Shown: in pieces, positions 55,865-64,000 of the stretch
Position numbering within the stretch: the first letter of the stretch is position 1
Layout of the letters: every line of letters begins with the position of its first letter
Source of the DNA: an uncultured Acidimicrobiales bacterium
Lineage (GTDB): Bacteria; Actinomycetota; Acidimicrobiia; Acidimicrobiales; SZUA-35
Reading direction: 5' to 3'
Length of the DNA stretch: 64,000 nucleotides
Assembly: GCA_963717115.1 (NCBI GenBank)
Contig: CAVQVO010000020.1
Coordinates: forward strand, 1,158,357 to 1,222,356
Translations under genes and position numbers: made by a program
The notes under the pieces: model-generated
Told to the model about the DNA's origin: nothing
Database searches by the model: none
The model's input: only the letters and a program-made list of their open reading frames with translations

Positions 55865-57746
55865 GTGAGAGTTGGCTCGACACTGACCAAGGTGTTGGCC
55901 CTGCTGTTCGCCTTTGCGATGATCGCCGCTGCGTGCGGCGGTTCATCCGACGAGAGCGACGGCACGACCGACACCACGACCGACGACGGGGGCGAGGACG
56001 CAACACCGACCACCGTCGTCGCGCCGACCACCGAGCCTCCGGCCGAGGGACCGACCAAGGGCGGCAAGCTGGTCTACGGCATGGAGGCCGACTCGGCCAA
56101 CGGCTGGGCCCCCTACCGGGTCAGCTGCGCCATCTCCTGCTACCGGATCATGGGCGTGATCTCGGACTCGCTCTTCGTGCCCAACACCGATGGTGGCGTC
56201 TCCGGGGTCCTCGTCGAGTCCGCCGAGTCCAACGCCGACTTCACCGAGTGGACGCTCACGATCCGTGACGGCATCACCTTCCACGACGGTACGCCGCTCA
56301 CCGGCGAGGCCGTGGCCTTCAACATCGACACCTGCCGGGCCAGCAGCCTGACCGGTCCGGCGCTGTCGAACATCGGCGGGGTCGAGGCCAACGGCCAGGA
56401 CGTCGTGATCACGATGAAGACGCCGTGGGCGCCGTTCCTGTTCAACATGGCCGGGGGCCAGTGCTCCTACATGTTCTCGCCGGATTGGCTGAAGAGCCTG
56501 GCCGACGTGCCCCAGCGCACCGAGGGTTCGCCCTTCTTCGACGCCGAGGTCGCCGCCCTGCCCGCCGATGGTGACGCCACCAAGCCGGTCGGTCTCGGAG
56601 CCTTCACCTTCGTCTCCTACGAGCCGGGCAACGGCAACAGCTTCATCGCCGAGCGCAACGAGGACTACTGGCGGGGCCCGAACGGCATCACCGGCGAAGA
56701 CTTCCCGTACCTCGACGAGGTCGAACTCGTCGTGGTCGTCGACATCGCCAGCCGTTCCAACGGCGTGGAGTCCGGCGAGTTCAGCGTGATCCACACGGCG
56801 AACTCCGACGAGATCAAGCGCCTGATGGACAACCCCGACGTGAACATCATCATGGCCAACGACTTCGGCAACACCAGCTACACCATGCTCAACGTGGCCC
56901 AGGGCGACAACCCCACCCTGGCCGCCATCACCGGCGCCGCCGAGCCGATCCCGATGGATCCCGAAGGGGTCAACGCCGACCAGCCCGCTGCTCCACAAGT
57001 CGTGCCGCCAGGCCCTGGCCTGGGCCACCGACAACGACCGCCTGGCCGAAGAGCGCGGTGGCGGCCTGGTCGACGTGGCCAACGGGCCGTTCCCTCCGGG
57101 TTCGATGGGCTACCTCGAGGACACCGGCTTCCCCGGGTTCGACATCGCCAAGGCCCAGGAGCTGTTCGAACAGTGCAAGACCGATGCCGGAACCGACCTG
57201 ATCTCGTTCCGTTTCGACACCACGAACGATCCGTTCAACGTCGAGACCAACGAGCTCGTGATCTCGATGTGGAAAGAGGCGTTCGGCGACGAGATCGATG
57301 CCACGATCTCGCCCGTCGAGCAGGGCTCCTACATCGGGCTCGCCCTGACCGGTTCCTTCCAGGCCTTCGGTTGGCGCAACCACGGCGGGATCGACCCCGA
57401 CACCGAGTTCATCTGGTGGTTCTCGGGCACGTCGTCGCCCATCGGTGTCGCTGGCGCTGAACTTCGGGCGCTTCCAGGATCCGGTCATCGATGCCGCCCT
57501 GATCACCCAGCGCTCCACCGATGACGTCGAGGTGCGCCGCAAGGCCGCCGAGGACATCAACCGGTCGTTCGGTGAGAACGTCTGGAATCTCTGGAGCACC
57601 TGGACCCTGTGGGGCATCGCCTCCAACCCGAACGTCCAGGGCATCACCGACCTGCATGACACCCGACGGCGACACCCAGCGTCCCGATCGTCGGCGGTGG
57701 TCACCCGATGATCGGCATGTGGTGCGTCGACGCCACCTGCAACTGA
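55865..57746 (+). pseudogene. family-5 peptide ABC substrate-binding lipoprotein with about 4 frameshifts in its 3' third
   Basis: GTG 55865 follows GAGGGGAG, and the lipobox is MIAAAC. The frame is intact to ...GVNADQP (about 56985). The product then continues through ORFs 57075.., 57445.. and 57521.., plus a fifth frame ending IVGGGHPMIGMWCVDATCN-TGA 57746. Confidence 0.75.
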
Positions 57747-57769
57747 TCGACGCCTGATCGGATCGAGAA

Positions 57770-57798
57770 GGCCCGGGTGCCCAGCACCCGGGCCTTTT
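57770..57798. terminator. rho-independent-type bidirectional terminator between convergent genes
   Basis: GGCCCGGGTGC-CCA-GCACCCGGGCC followed by TTTT, giving a perfect 11-bp stem. Confidence 0.7.
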
Positions 57799-57805
57799 CG
57801 CGTGC

Positions 57806-58625
57806 TCAGTCGATGTCGCGCTGGATCAGTCGGGCGGCTCCCGCTCCGGCGAACATCACCGACCACAAGGCCAGCACGACGCCGGCCAACAGGTAGCCGT
57901 GGTGGCTGACCAGTTCGACGTCGTCGGCGAAGATGCTGCCCTCGATGGAGGAGACGTCTTCGCCGCTGGCGAAGGACGTCGCGTTGGTGACCGGGAGCCA
58001 GACCGCCACCGACCGCAGGAAGGCGGCGATGATGCCGTCGAGGATGAAGAAGTAGGTGAGGAACCCCACGATCGACCCGATCGAGTTCCAGACCAGGAAG
58101 GTCGCCCCGATCCCGATGACGGCGAACAGGGCGCTGGCGACACCCGTGCGCCCGACCGCCGCCGCGAGGTTGGCCCACAGCTCCCCCGTCGTGCCGTCGG
58201 CGGTGCCCAGAGCGATCGCCAGGCCGAACATCGCGGCGACGTAGAACAGCGCCACCAGGGCCGAGACCACGCCGATCGCCAGACCGCCGGCGATGCAACG
58301 CGACGCCACGATGCGGAGCCGCCGCGGTTCCCAGGTCAGGAGCTGTTCGAGCATCCCGGTCTTGATGTCGGCGCCCAACGAACGACGCGCCGAGCACGAA
58401 GGCCATCATGGTGAACAGGCTGGCCACGGGGGCGAGGAGCGACGTGCCGGACACGCCACCGGCCATGTCGTTGACGAAGTCGGGTGGGGCGCCGTCCTGG
58501 TTGTCGATCACGAAGTAGGCGATCACCACACCGGCGACGGCCAGGACCATCAGCGCCAGCGGGAAGTAGCGGGTCATGCGACGGGCCAGGAGTCGCTTGG
58601 TGTCGGCGAGCATCAGGCGGATCAC
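57806..58625 (-). pseudogene. ABC-2 type permease with one frameshift at a G run (about 58373..58375)
   Basis: The N-terminus MIRLMLADTKRLL...MMAFVLGASFVG is in ORF 56970..58625. It continues as ADIKTGMLEQLLTWEPRR... in ORF 57806..58378. Confidence 0.65.
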
Positions 58626-59599
58626 GACGGCACCTCCGTCGACGCGTCGGCCGCAGTCGGGGCCGGTGGCGGAGGTGGACCGCCCGTCAGGTTGAGGAAC
58701 GCCGCTTCGAGCGTGGCCCGTTCGGTGCGCAGGCCTCGCAGGTAGCGGTCGTGGTCGGCCAGCGCCTTGGTGACGTCGGCGACCCGGTCGAGATCGATCT
58801 CGACGACCAGTTCGTCGGGGGCCGGCCGGGGCCGGGCCGGGATCCCGAGCGAGGACAGCAGGGCGATGGCGTCGTCGCGGTGGTCGATGGTGACGATGAC
58901 GAGGTCGGGACCGGCGTGACGGCGGACCTCGTCGAGCGAACCCGAGACGACGAGATGGCCGTGGTCGATGATCGTCACCCGGTCGCAGACCTGTTCGATC
59001 TCCGACAATTGGTGGCTCGACACCAGGACGGCCTTGCCGGCTTCGGCGATCGAGCGGATCAGGGACCGCATCTCGGCGATCCCGGCCGGGTCGAGACCGT
59101 TGGCGGGCTCGTCGAGGATCAGCAGATCGGGATCCTTCAGGAGCGCCGCGGCAATGGCGAGGCGCTGTTTCATGCCCAGCGAGTAGCTGTCGAACGAGTC
59201 ACCGGCCCGATCGAACAGGCCGACGGTGTGCAGCACGCGGTCGACGTCGGACCCGGGGAGTCCGGCCATGTCGGCCAGCAGCTGGAGGTTGCGTCGCCCG
59301 CTGAACGGGGGGAAGAGCTTGGGGTTCTCGACGATCGCCCCCACCCGGCTCGCCACCCGGTGGAACTCGGTGGTCGAGTCGACGTCGAAGACCCGTACCG
59401 TGCCCGCCGTCGGCCGGATCAGCCCGAGCAGGCAGCGGATGGTCGTGGTCTTGCCCGAGCCGTTCGGACCCAGGAAGCCGTGCACCGACCCCGACTCGCC
59501 CAGCACCAGGTCGAGGTCCTCGACGGCGACGACATCGACGTCTCGAACCCGGGAGTAGACCTTGCGCAAACCACTGATCTCGACGATCGCACTCATCAC
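58622..59599 (-). CDS. ABC transporter ATP-binding protein (ABC-2/DrrA-like)
   Basis: 325 aa, intact, with GPNGSGKTTT, YSLGMKQRL, LILDEPANGLD and SSHQL. Confidence 0.9.
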   Translation of the reverse strand: MMSAIVEISGLRKVYSRVRDVDVVAVEDLDLVLGESGSVHGFLGPNGSGKTTTIRCLLGLIRPTAGTVRVFDVDSTTEFHRVASRVGAIVENPKLFPPFSGRRNLQLLADMAGLPGSDVDRVLHTVGLFDRAGDSFDSYSLGMKQRLAIAAALLKDPDLLILDEPANGLDPAGIAEMRSLIRSIAEAGKAVLVSSHQLSEIEQVCDRVTIIDHGHLVVSGSLDEVRRHAGPDLVIVTIDHRDDAIALLSSLGIPARPRPAPDELVVEIDLDRVADVTKALADHDRYLRGLRTERATLEAAFLNLTGGPPPPPAPTAADASTEVPS

Positions 59600-59676
59600 C
59601 GCAACCTATCCGCGACGGTTTTGGTCGACGATCCGCGCCGGACCACCGGGTTCCGATCGCCACCGGCCGACACGGT

Positions 59677-59985
59677 TCAGGCCCGGTCGGACCACTCCCG
59701 GAGCAGCTGGAACGGGAAGATGCCGGTGCTGTGGCCGTCGTTCCACGTGATCCCGAGTCCCCAGCCGCCGTGGAACTCGGCGTCGTGGATCGCCAGGGGT
59801 AGGGGGCTGTCCGGGAGCGGCCAGGTGTCCTGCCGGGCCGCACGACGCATGTGGCAGTCGGCGCAAGGACAACCGAGTCGCAGGTCGATGAGCGAGTAGC
59901 GGGCCTCGTGATCGTCGGCGAAGCGAATGGTGATGCCTTCGTCCCGCTTCACCGTGACGTCGAGTGGTTCGAAGCGGTCGTCCAT
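59677..59985 (-). CDS. DUF971-like small protein (gamma-butyrobetaine hydroxylase N-terminal-like, Zn-binding Cys cluster)
   Basis: ORF 59677..60138, trimmed to MDDRFEPLDVTVKRDEGITIRFADDHEARYSLIDLRLGCPCADC. Confidence 0.7.
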   Translation of the reverse strand: MDDRFEPLDVTVKRDEGITIRFADDHEARYSLIDLRLGCPCADCHMRRAARQDTWPLPDSPLPLAIHDAEFHGGWGLGITWNDGHSTGIFPFQLLREWSDRA

Positions 59986-60183
59986 GCCCCAGTCTGCCGG
60001 ATCCGCCGATCCCCCACCCTGCTGCTTCCGTGGAGCTGCCACACCCGTTGCCGGCGCCCTCGCCCCACGGTTGCGGGGGAATCGGTGCGCCGAGATCGGG
60101 CACCGCTGTAACCAGGACTCCGGCCCTGCGTCATCCATGTCGCCGTCGAGGTCATCGACAGCGACTCACGATGGAGGGAACCG

Positions 60184-61488
60184 ATGGCCGGGAGTCCACG
60201 ACACACCGGGTTCAGCGCGTCCTTCGCCGGCTCACCGCGGACACGCCTCGTCGCCGCCAACCTCGCGTCGACCGTGGTCGAGTACGGCGTCTGGTTCGCC
60301 GTGCTCGTGGTCGCCTACCAGCGCGGTGGGGCGACCGAGAGCGGACTGGTCGCGGCGCTCCAGCTGCTCCCCGCAGCGGTTCTGGCGCCCCGACTCTCGA
60401 GACTCGGCGATCGGCATCGGGCCGATGACGTCCTCGTGGCCGCCCTGGCGACGGCGGCCGTCCTCTGTGTGCTCATCGGGATGCTGATCCTGCGCGAGGC
60501 GCCCATCGTGCTCGTCTACGTCTCGGCCACGGTCCTCACCGTCGACCTGGCCATCGTCCGACCCGCTCAGGGCAGCGCAGCCCTCGCCGTCGCCCAGGAT
60601 CACGCCGAACTGGCGGCAACGAACTCGTTCCTCGGCCTCACCGAGAGCGCCGGCATGCTGCTCGGTCCGGTTGCCGTCGGGCTCGCCTCGGCATCGCAGA
60701 TGATCGATGTGTTGTTCCTGGCCTGCGGCGCGCTGGCGTTCTCGGCGGCGGCCATGGTCGTGGGGATCGCACCACGACCACCCGACGAGCTGCGGGTGAG
60801 CCGCAGACGGTTCCGGCACCGGACGCAGGCGGGACGCCTCCCGTCGGGGTCGACCCTGGTCGTGGGTTTTCTCGGCCTCCGCGGCATGATCGTGGGGACC
60901 GTCGACCTCCTCCTGCTCGCCGTCGCCATCGATGTGCTCACGCTCGACGAGCGCCTGCAGACCTCGCTGAACCTCAGCTTCGGCCTGGGGCTGGTCATCG
61001 GTTCCTTCGTCCAGCTGTGGCTCGCTCGCCGGGCCCCGCACCATCGCATCATGTTCGCCAGCGCCATCGTGCTTGGTGTGGCCGTCGCCGTTCTGGCCAT
61101 CGGACCATCGCTCACGTCGTCGTTGGTCCTCACCGTTGCCGCCGGTGCAGGCGCCATGACCGGACAGGTCTCCGGGCGGACGCTGCTCCAACAGGTCACC
61201 CCGCGAGGCATGACCGCTCGGGCGTTCGGACTCGTCGAGTCGGCCGAGCTCTTCGGTAGCGCCATCGGAGCCGCCTTCGTGGCGGTGCTGATCGCCGCGA
61301 TCGGTCTCGGAGCGAGCCTGGTGGCAACGGCCTGCGTACTCCCCCTCGCCCACCTGGCCCTGAACCGGCAACTCCCCCGTATCGAACACCCCGGAGCTCG
61401 ATCGATCCCCGCCACCGATGCCGACACCCGGGTCGTCGAAGCACATCGGCCCGTGGCCTCGAGCCCGGTGGGCTCACTGCCGTCGTGA
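60184..61488 (+). CDS. MFS transporter
   Basis: 434 aa with about 12 hydrophobic segments. Confidence 0.85.
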   Translation: MAGSPRHTGFSASFAGSPRTRLVAANLASTVVEYGVWFAVLVVAYQRGGATESGLVAALQLLPAAVLAPRLSRLGDRHRADDVLVAALATAAVLCVLIGMLILREAPIVLVYVSATVLTVDLAIVRPAQGSAALAVAQDHAELAATNSFLGLTESAGMLLGPVAVGLASASQMIDVLFLACGALAFSAAAMVVGIAPRPPDELRVSRRRFRHRTQAGRLPSGSTLVVGFLGLRGMIVGTVDLLLLAVAIDVLTLDERLQTSLNLSFGLGLVIGSFVQLWLARRAPHHRIMFASAIVLGVAVAVLAIGPSLTSSLVLTVAAGAGAMTGQVSGRTLLQQVTPRGMTARAFGLVESAELFGSAIGAAFVAVLIAAIGLGASLVATACVLPLAHLALNRQLPRIEHPGARSIPATDADTRVVEAHRPVASSPVGSLPS

Positions 61489-61534
61489 GCGCCAGCGAAC
61501 AACGACGGAAACCGATCAGCCCGCCGGGCGAGGA

Positions 61535-61636
61535 ACGACGAATCCCAAAGGCCGCCCTGCGGCCGACGGGTTCGCGGGTTGTTGCGAAGCAACGACGACG
61601 AATCCCAAAGGCCGCCCTGCGGCCGACGGGTTCGCG
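61535..61636. repeat. two exact 42-bp copies (period 60 bp) of a structured element; copy 2 abuts the tRNA-Met 3' end
   Basis: acgacgaatcccaaaggccgccctgcggccgacgggttcgcg occurs at 61535..61576 and 61595..61636. On the tRNA strand each copy folds as CGAACCC-GUC-GGCCGC-AGG-GCGGCC-UUU-GGGAUUCG. Confidence 0.85.
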
Positions 61637-61709
61637 TGGGCCCGGTGGGGATCGAACCCACGACCAAGCGATTATGAGTCGCATGCTCTGACCACTGAGC
61701 TACGGGCCC
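61637..61709 (-). tRNA. tRNA-Met (anticodon CAT), elongator-type; Ile2(CAT) identity cannot be excluded
   Basis: Hand-folded: GGGCCCG/TA/GCTC-AGTGGTCA-GAGC/A/TGCGA-CTCATAA-TCGCT/TGGTC/GTGGG-TTCGATC-CCCAC/CGGGCCC/A. The 1:72 pair is G:C and the anticodon stem lacks a GGG/CCC run, so it is not an initiator. Confidence 0.9.
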
Positions 61710-61835
61710 CGACGATGCGAGGGTCGCCCCTTGCGCCCGGTCAGGCTAGTGCGAGCCATCGTCGACGCCGTCGATGTGGAGACCCTCGTCAGGCCCACAC
61801 CATGCACGATCGGCCTTGCCTCGGGAACTAGCGTG

Positions 61836-63017
61836 ATGACGGTGCCCAGGGTCGACGACATCCCGCAGCGCTCGTCCCGACGGGGCGACGAGCTCGACGA
61901 TCGGCTTCTCGACGCAGTCGTCGTTGCGGTCCGAGACGATCCGACCGCCTCCCTCACGGCCCGTTCCCTGGCCCGAGCCGCCGGCGTCGACCAGCGGGTC
62001 ATCACTCGCCGATTCGGCGACACGGCCTCGCTCGAACGGCGGGCCCTGGAACGATCACTGGGCGAACTCCGGGCGGCCACGACCGACACCGACCGGCTCC
62101 CGCCCCCGGGATCGGTGTTCGACGACCCGGTCCGCTGGCATCTGATGGCCCGACTGGCGCTCGATTCCCAACGGCACGACCGACGCAACCCGATCAGCGA
62201 GTTCGTCCGCTGGCTGGTCGACAGCCAGCAGCACAGCGGCACCTCGTTCGACCGGCGGGAGGCCGAGATGGCGGTGGTGCTCACGCTGTCGATCGAGGTC
62301 GGCACCGCGCTGTTTCGCCACGGTTTGTGCAAGCCCTTCGCGCTGACGCCCGACGATCCGGTGATCCGAACGCAGCTGATTTCGATGATCGAGGACCTTC
62401 GGGCACGGACCGGTCCGTTCGGCGGACCCGCCGCCCCGCTACGCCTGGAGCACGACCGGTGGAGCCGAGCCCGGACCAAACGCTGGCGGACCCCGACGCG
62501 CGGCCGAGACAACGTCGAAGACCGGCTGGTCCATGCCGGCGCCACCCTGCTCGTCGAGCACCGTCCCTCGACCATCTCGGGTCGAGACCTGGCCCAGCTC
62601 GCCAAGGTCAACTACGGCCTGATCCACCAGTACTTCGGCACGAAGGACGAGGTCCTCCGCCATTCGCTGGTGTGGCTGCGGGGCGAGGCCCTGCGCCAGC
62701 TGAACGACCCTCCCGCGGGCGGTGTCGGGCAGCCGATCGGCATCGCCTCGGTCGCCCGAGCCATGGCCAACATGGCGCTCGACGGGTTGTCGGCCGCCCC
62801 CGACGGTGACTTCCCGGGACTCGACCGATTCGTCGAGCGGTTCCAGGGCGCCGATACCCGGGCCGTCCATGGTCGGGTCACGGCGTTCCTCGCCGTGTCG
62901 GCCTACCTGGCCTGGGTGCTGCTCGAGGAGGCGATGGAGCCGGCGCTGGCCACCGACCTCGGCGAACTCCACGCCGTGGCCATGGGCCACCTGGCGCAGG
63001 CCATCCGTTCGCGCTGA
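61836..63017 (+). CDS. duplicated (two-module) TetR-family regulator
   Basis: ORF 61731..63017, trimmed to ATG 61836 because the ORF start abuts the tRNA. It has two HTH regions: SLTARSLARAAGVDQRVITRRFG and SGRDLAQLAKVNYGLIHQYFGTKDEV. Confidence 0.75.
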   Translation: MTVPRVDDIPQRSSRRGDELDDRLLDAVVVAVRDDPTASLTARSLARAAGVDQRVITRRFGDTASLERRALERSLGELRAATTDTDRLPPPGSVFDDPVRWHLMARLALDSQRHDRRNPISEFVRWLVDSQQHSGTSFDRREAEMAVVLTLSIEVGTALFRHGLCKPFALTPDDPVIRTQLISMIEDLRARTGPFGGPAAPLRLEHDRWSRARTKRWRTPTRGRDNVEDRLVHAGATLLVEHRPSTISGRDLAQLAKVNYGLIHQYFGTKDEVLRHSLVWLRGEALRQLNDPPAGGVGQPIGIASVARAMANMALDGLSAAPDGDFPGLDRFVERFQGADTRAVHGRVTAFLAVSAYLAWVLLEEAMEPALATDLGELHAVAMGHLAQAIRSR

Positions 63018-63025
63018 ACGCCCCG

Positions 63026-64000
63026 TCAGGCGCCCAGGACGCCGAGCAGGTCGAGATGCCGGGCCTGCGAGGCGTGGCGACCGGCCATGGCGACGAACAT
63101 CGCATCGCCCCGCTCGGTCTGCTCGACGATCTGTGAGGCCGTGACGGCCATGAGGTAGCCGCTGAACGACCCGAGCACGTAGCGACGCCAGATGGCCTCG
63201 AAATCGACGTCGACCCCGAACCCGGCCAGTCCGTCGACGTAACGACGAACGAGGCGCTCCTCGTGCTGCTCGCGCACCGGGGGCAGCAATCCCGAGCCCA
63301 GCAGGTAGGCCACGTCGGTGGGGCCCGAGCCGACCGACACGGTCTGCCAGTCGACCACCGTGATCGGGGGTGCCGTCGGCCCGGTTCCGAACAGGAAGTT
63401 GTCGAGTCGGAAGTCGCCGTGCACCAGGCAGGCCCGGTCGCTCGGTTCGGACCCTTCCATCAGGGACTCACCGAGACGGACCAGCAGCGGCCCCATCTCG
63501 CGTCCGAGTTCGATGTCGTCGCTGCTCAGCATGTCGGCGTAGCGGGTGGCGAACCCGTCGAACACCATCTCGTAGAGTTCGGCCCGACCCCGGATCCGAT
63601 CGAGGTCGGCGGCGCCGATCCAATCGAGCTCGACCAGTTCGGCACCGCGGCCCCAGGTCGAACCATGCATGCCTGCGGCCTGGTCGACCGCCAACTCGGC
63701 CTGCTCGATGGTGCAGCCTCCGAGCTGATCGCCCTGGGCCGCCGGCGAGATGTCCTCCATGATGACCACGAAGTCGTTGGCGGCCGGGTCGCCGGCGACG
63801 TAGTGCACCCTCGGCGAGCGAACGGCGACCGTCGCCGCCAGATCGCGGTAGAAACCGACCTCGTGGACGTAGGTACCGGTGAGGGCCGCCGTCATCCGAC
63901 TCAGCTCGCTCTGGGAGGGGAACTTCCCGACCACGGTGGCCGGGAGTGCGGGATCGTCGGACGACCATCGGAGCGTGAAACGGACGTTCTCGCCGACCTG
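63026..64000 (-). CDS. phosphotransferase (APH/ecdysteroid-kinase-like) family protein, N-terminus beyond right edge
   Basis: ORF 63026..63934, with the same frame open to 64000 (…VGENVRFTLRWSSDDPALPATVVGKFPS...). It has HGDFRLDN and VVDWQ. Confidence 0.8.
   Translation of the reverse strand, partial: QVGENVRFTLRWSSDDPALPATVVGKFPSQSELSRMTAALTGTYVHEVGFYRDLAATVAVRSPRVHYVAGDPAANDFVVIMEDISPAAQGDQLGGCTIEQAELAVDQAAGMHGSTWGRGAELVELDWIGAADLDRIRGRAELYEMVFDGFATRYADMLSSDDIELGREMGPLLVRLGESLMEGSEPSDRACLVHGDFRLDNFLFGTGPTAPPITVVDWQTVSVGSGPTDVAYLLGSGLLPPVREQHEERLVRRYVDGLAGFGVDVDFEAIWRRYVLGSFSGYLMAVTASQIVEQTERGDAMFVAMAGRHASQARHLDLLGVLGA

Noticed and set aside
61485-61709. I considered the repeats next to tRNA-Met (and the 19-nt box next to tRNA-Val) as att sites of an integrated element.
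   Set aside because: The repeat units do not match the 3' part of either tRNA. No integrase, excisionase or phage/ICE genes flank either tRNA. The neighbouring genes have the same GC-rich coding style as the rest of the window.
61637-61709. I considered the CAT-anticodon tRNA as an initiator tRNA-fMet.
   Set aside because: The 1:72 pair is a normal G:C, and the anticodon stem lacks the three consecutive G:C pairs characteristic of initiators.

Overview
This is a very GC-rich, gene-dense chromosomal segment with third codon positions almost always G/C. By inference it looks actinobacterial: it has a WS/DGAT wax-ester synthase, a DinB/mycothiol-isomerase-like domain, several FadE-type acyl-CoA dehydrogenases and many 4-nt ATGA gene overlaps. 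All family calls come from motif recognition in the supplied translations and my own re-translation; I ran no database search.

I can support about 60 protein genes and two tRNAs (Val-TAC, Met-CAT). I found no rRNA, CRISPR array, transposase, integrase or phage genes.

Gene content by region:
- 0.3-7 kb: envelope and housekeeping genes, including a class A PBP and a trypsin-like protease.
- 13-24 kb: a patchwork of small stress/detox folds (SRPBCC, cupin, VOC, two AhpD/CMD genes, OsmC) with ArsR, LuxR, wHTH-STAND, PAS and c-di-GMP proteins.
- 28-31 kb: a lipase plus WS/DGAT pair.
- 35-46 kb: a lipid-oxidation set (three acyl-CoA dehydrogenases, an APH-like kinase, a P450, an orphan form-II CoxL) and selO.
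- 46-49 kb: a secreted beta-propeller/FN3 protein.
- 48.6-49.5 kb: an arsR-arsI/cadI divergent pair.
- Three ABC transporter loci.

Most noteworthy observations:
1. An AhpD/CMD-family gene has a single in-frame TGA exactly at the second Cys of its CxxC motif, followed by a SECIS-like hairpin. It is a candidate selenoprotein.
2. An OppF-type ABC ATPase carries an in-frame, roughly 120-aa hydrophobic insertion inside its nucleotide-binding domain.
3. There are 14 frame disruptions, all equivalent to one extra nucleotide. Where they can be resolved they sit mostly in short G/C (one T) runs. All fall in ABC-transporter genes, so they are either recent decay or homopolymer sequencing error.
4. Structured repeats and a shared 19-nt box lie immediately 3' of both tRNA genes.
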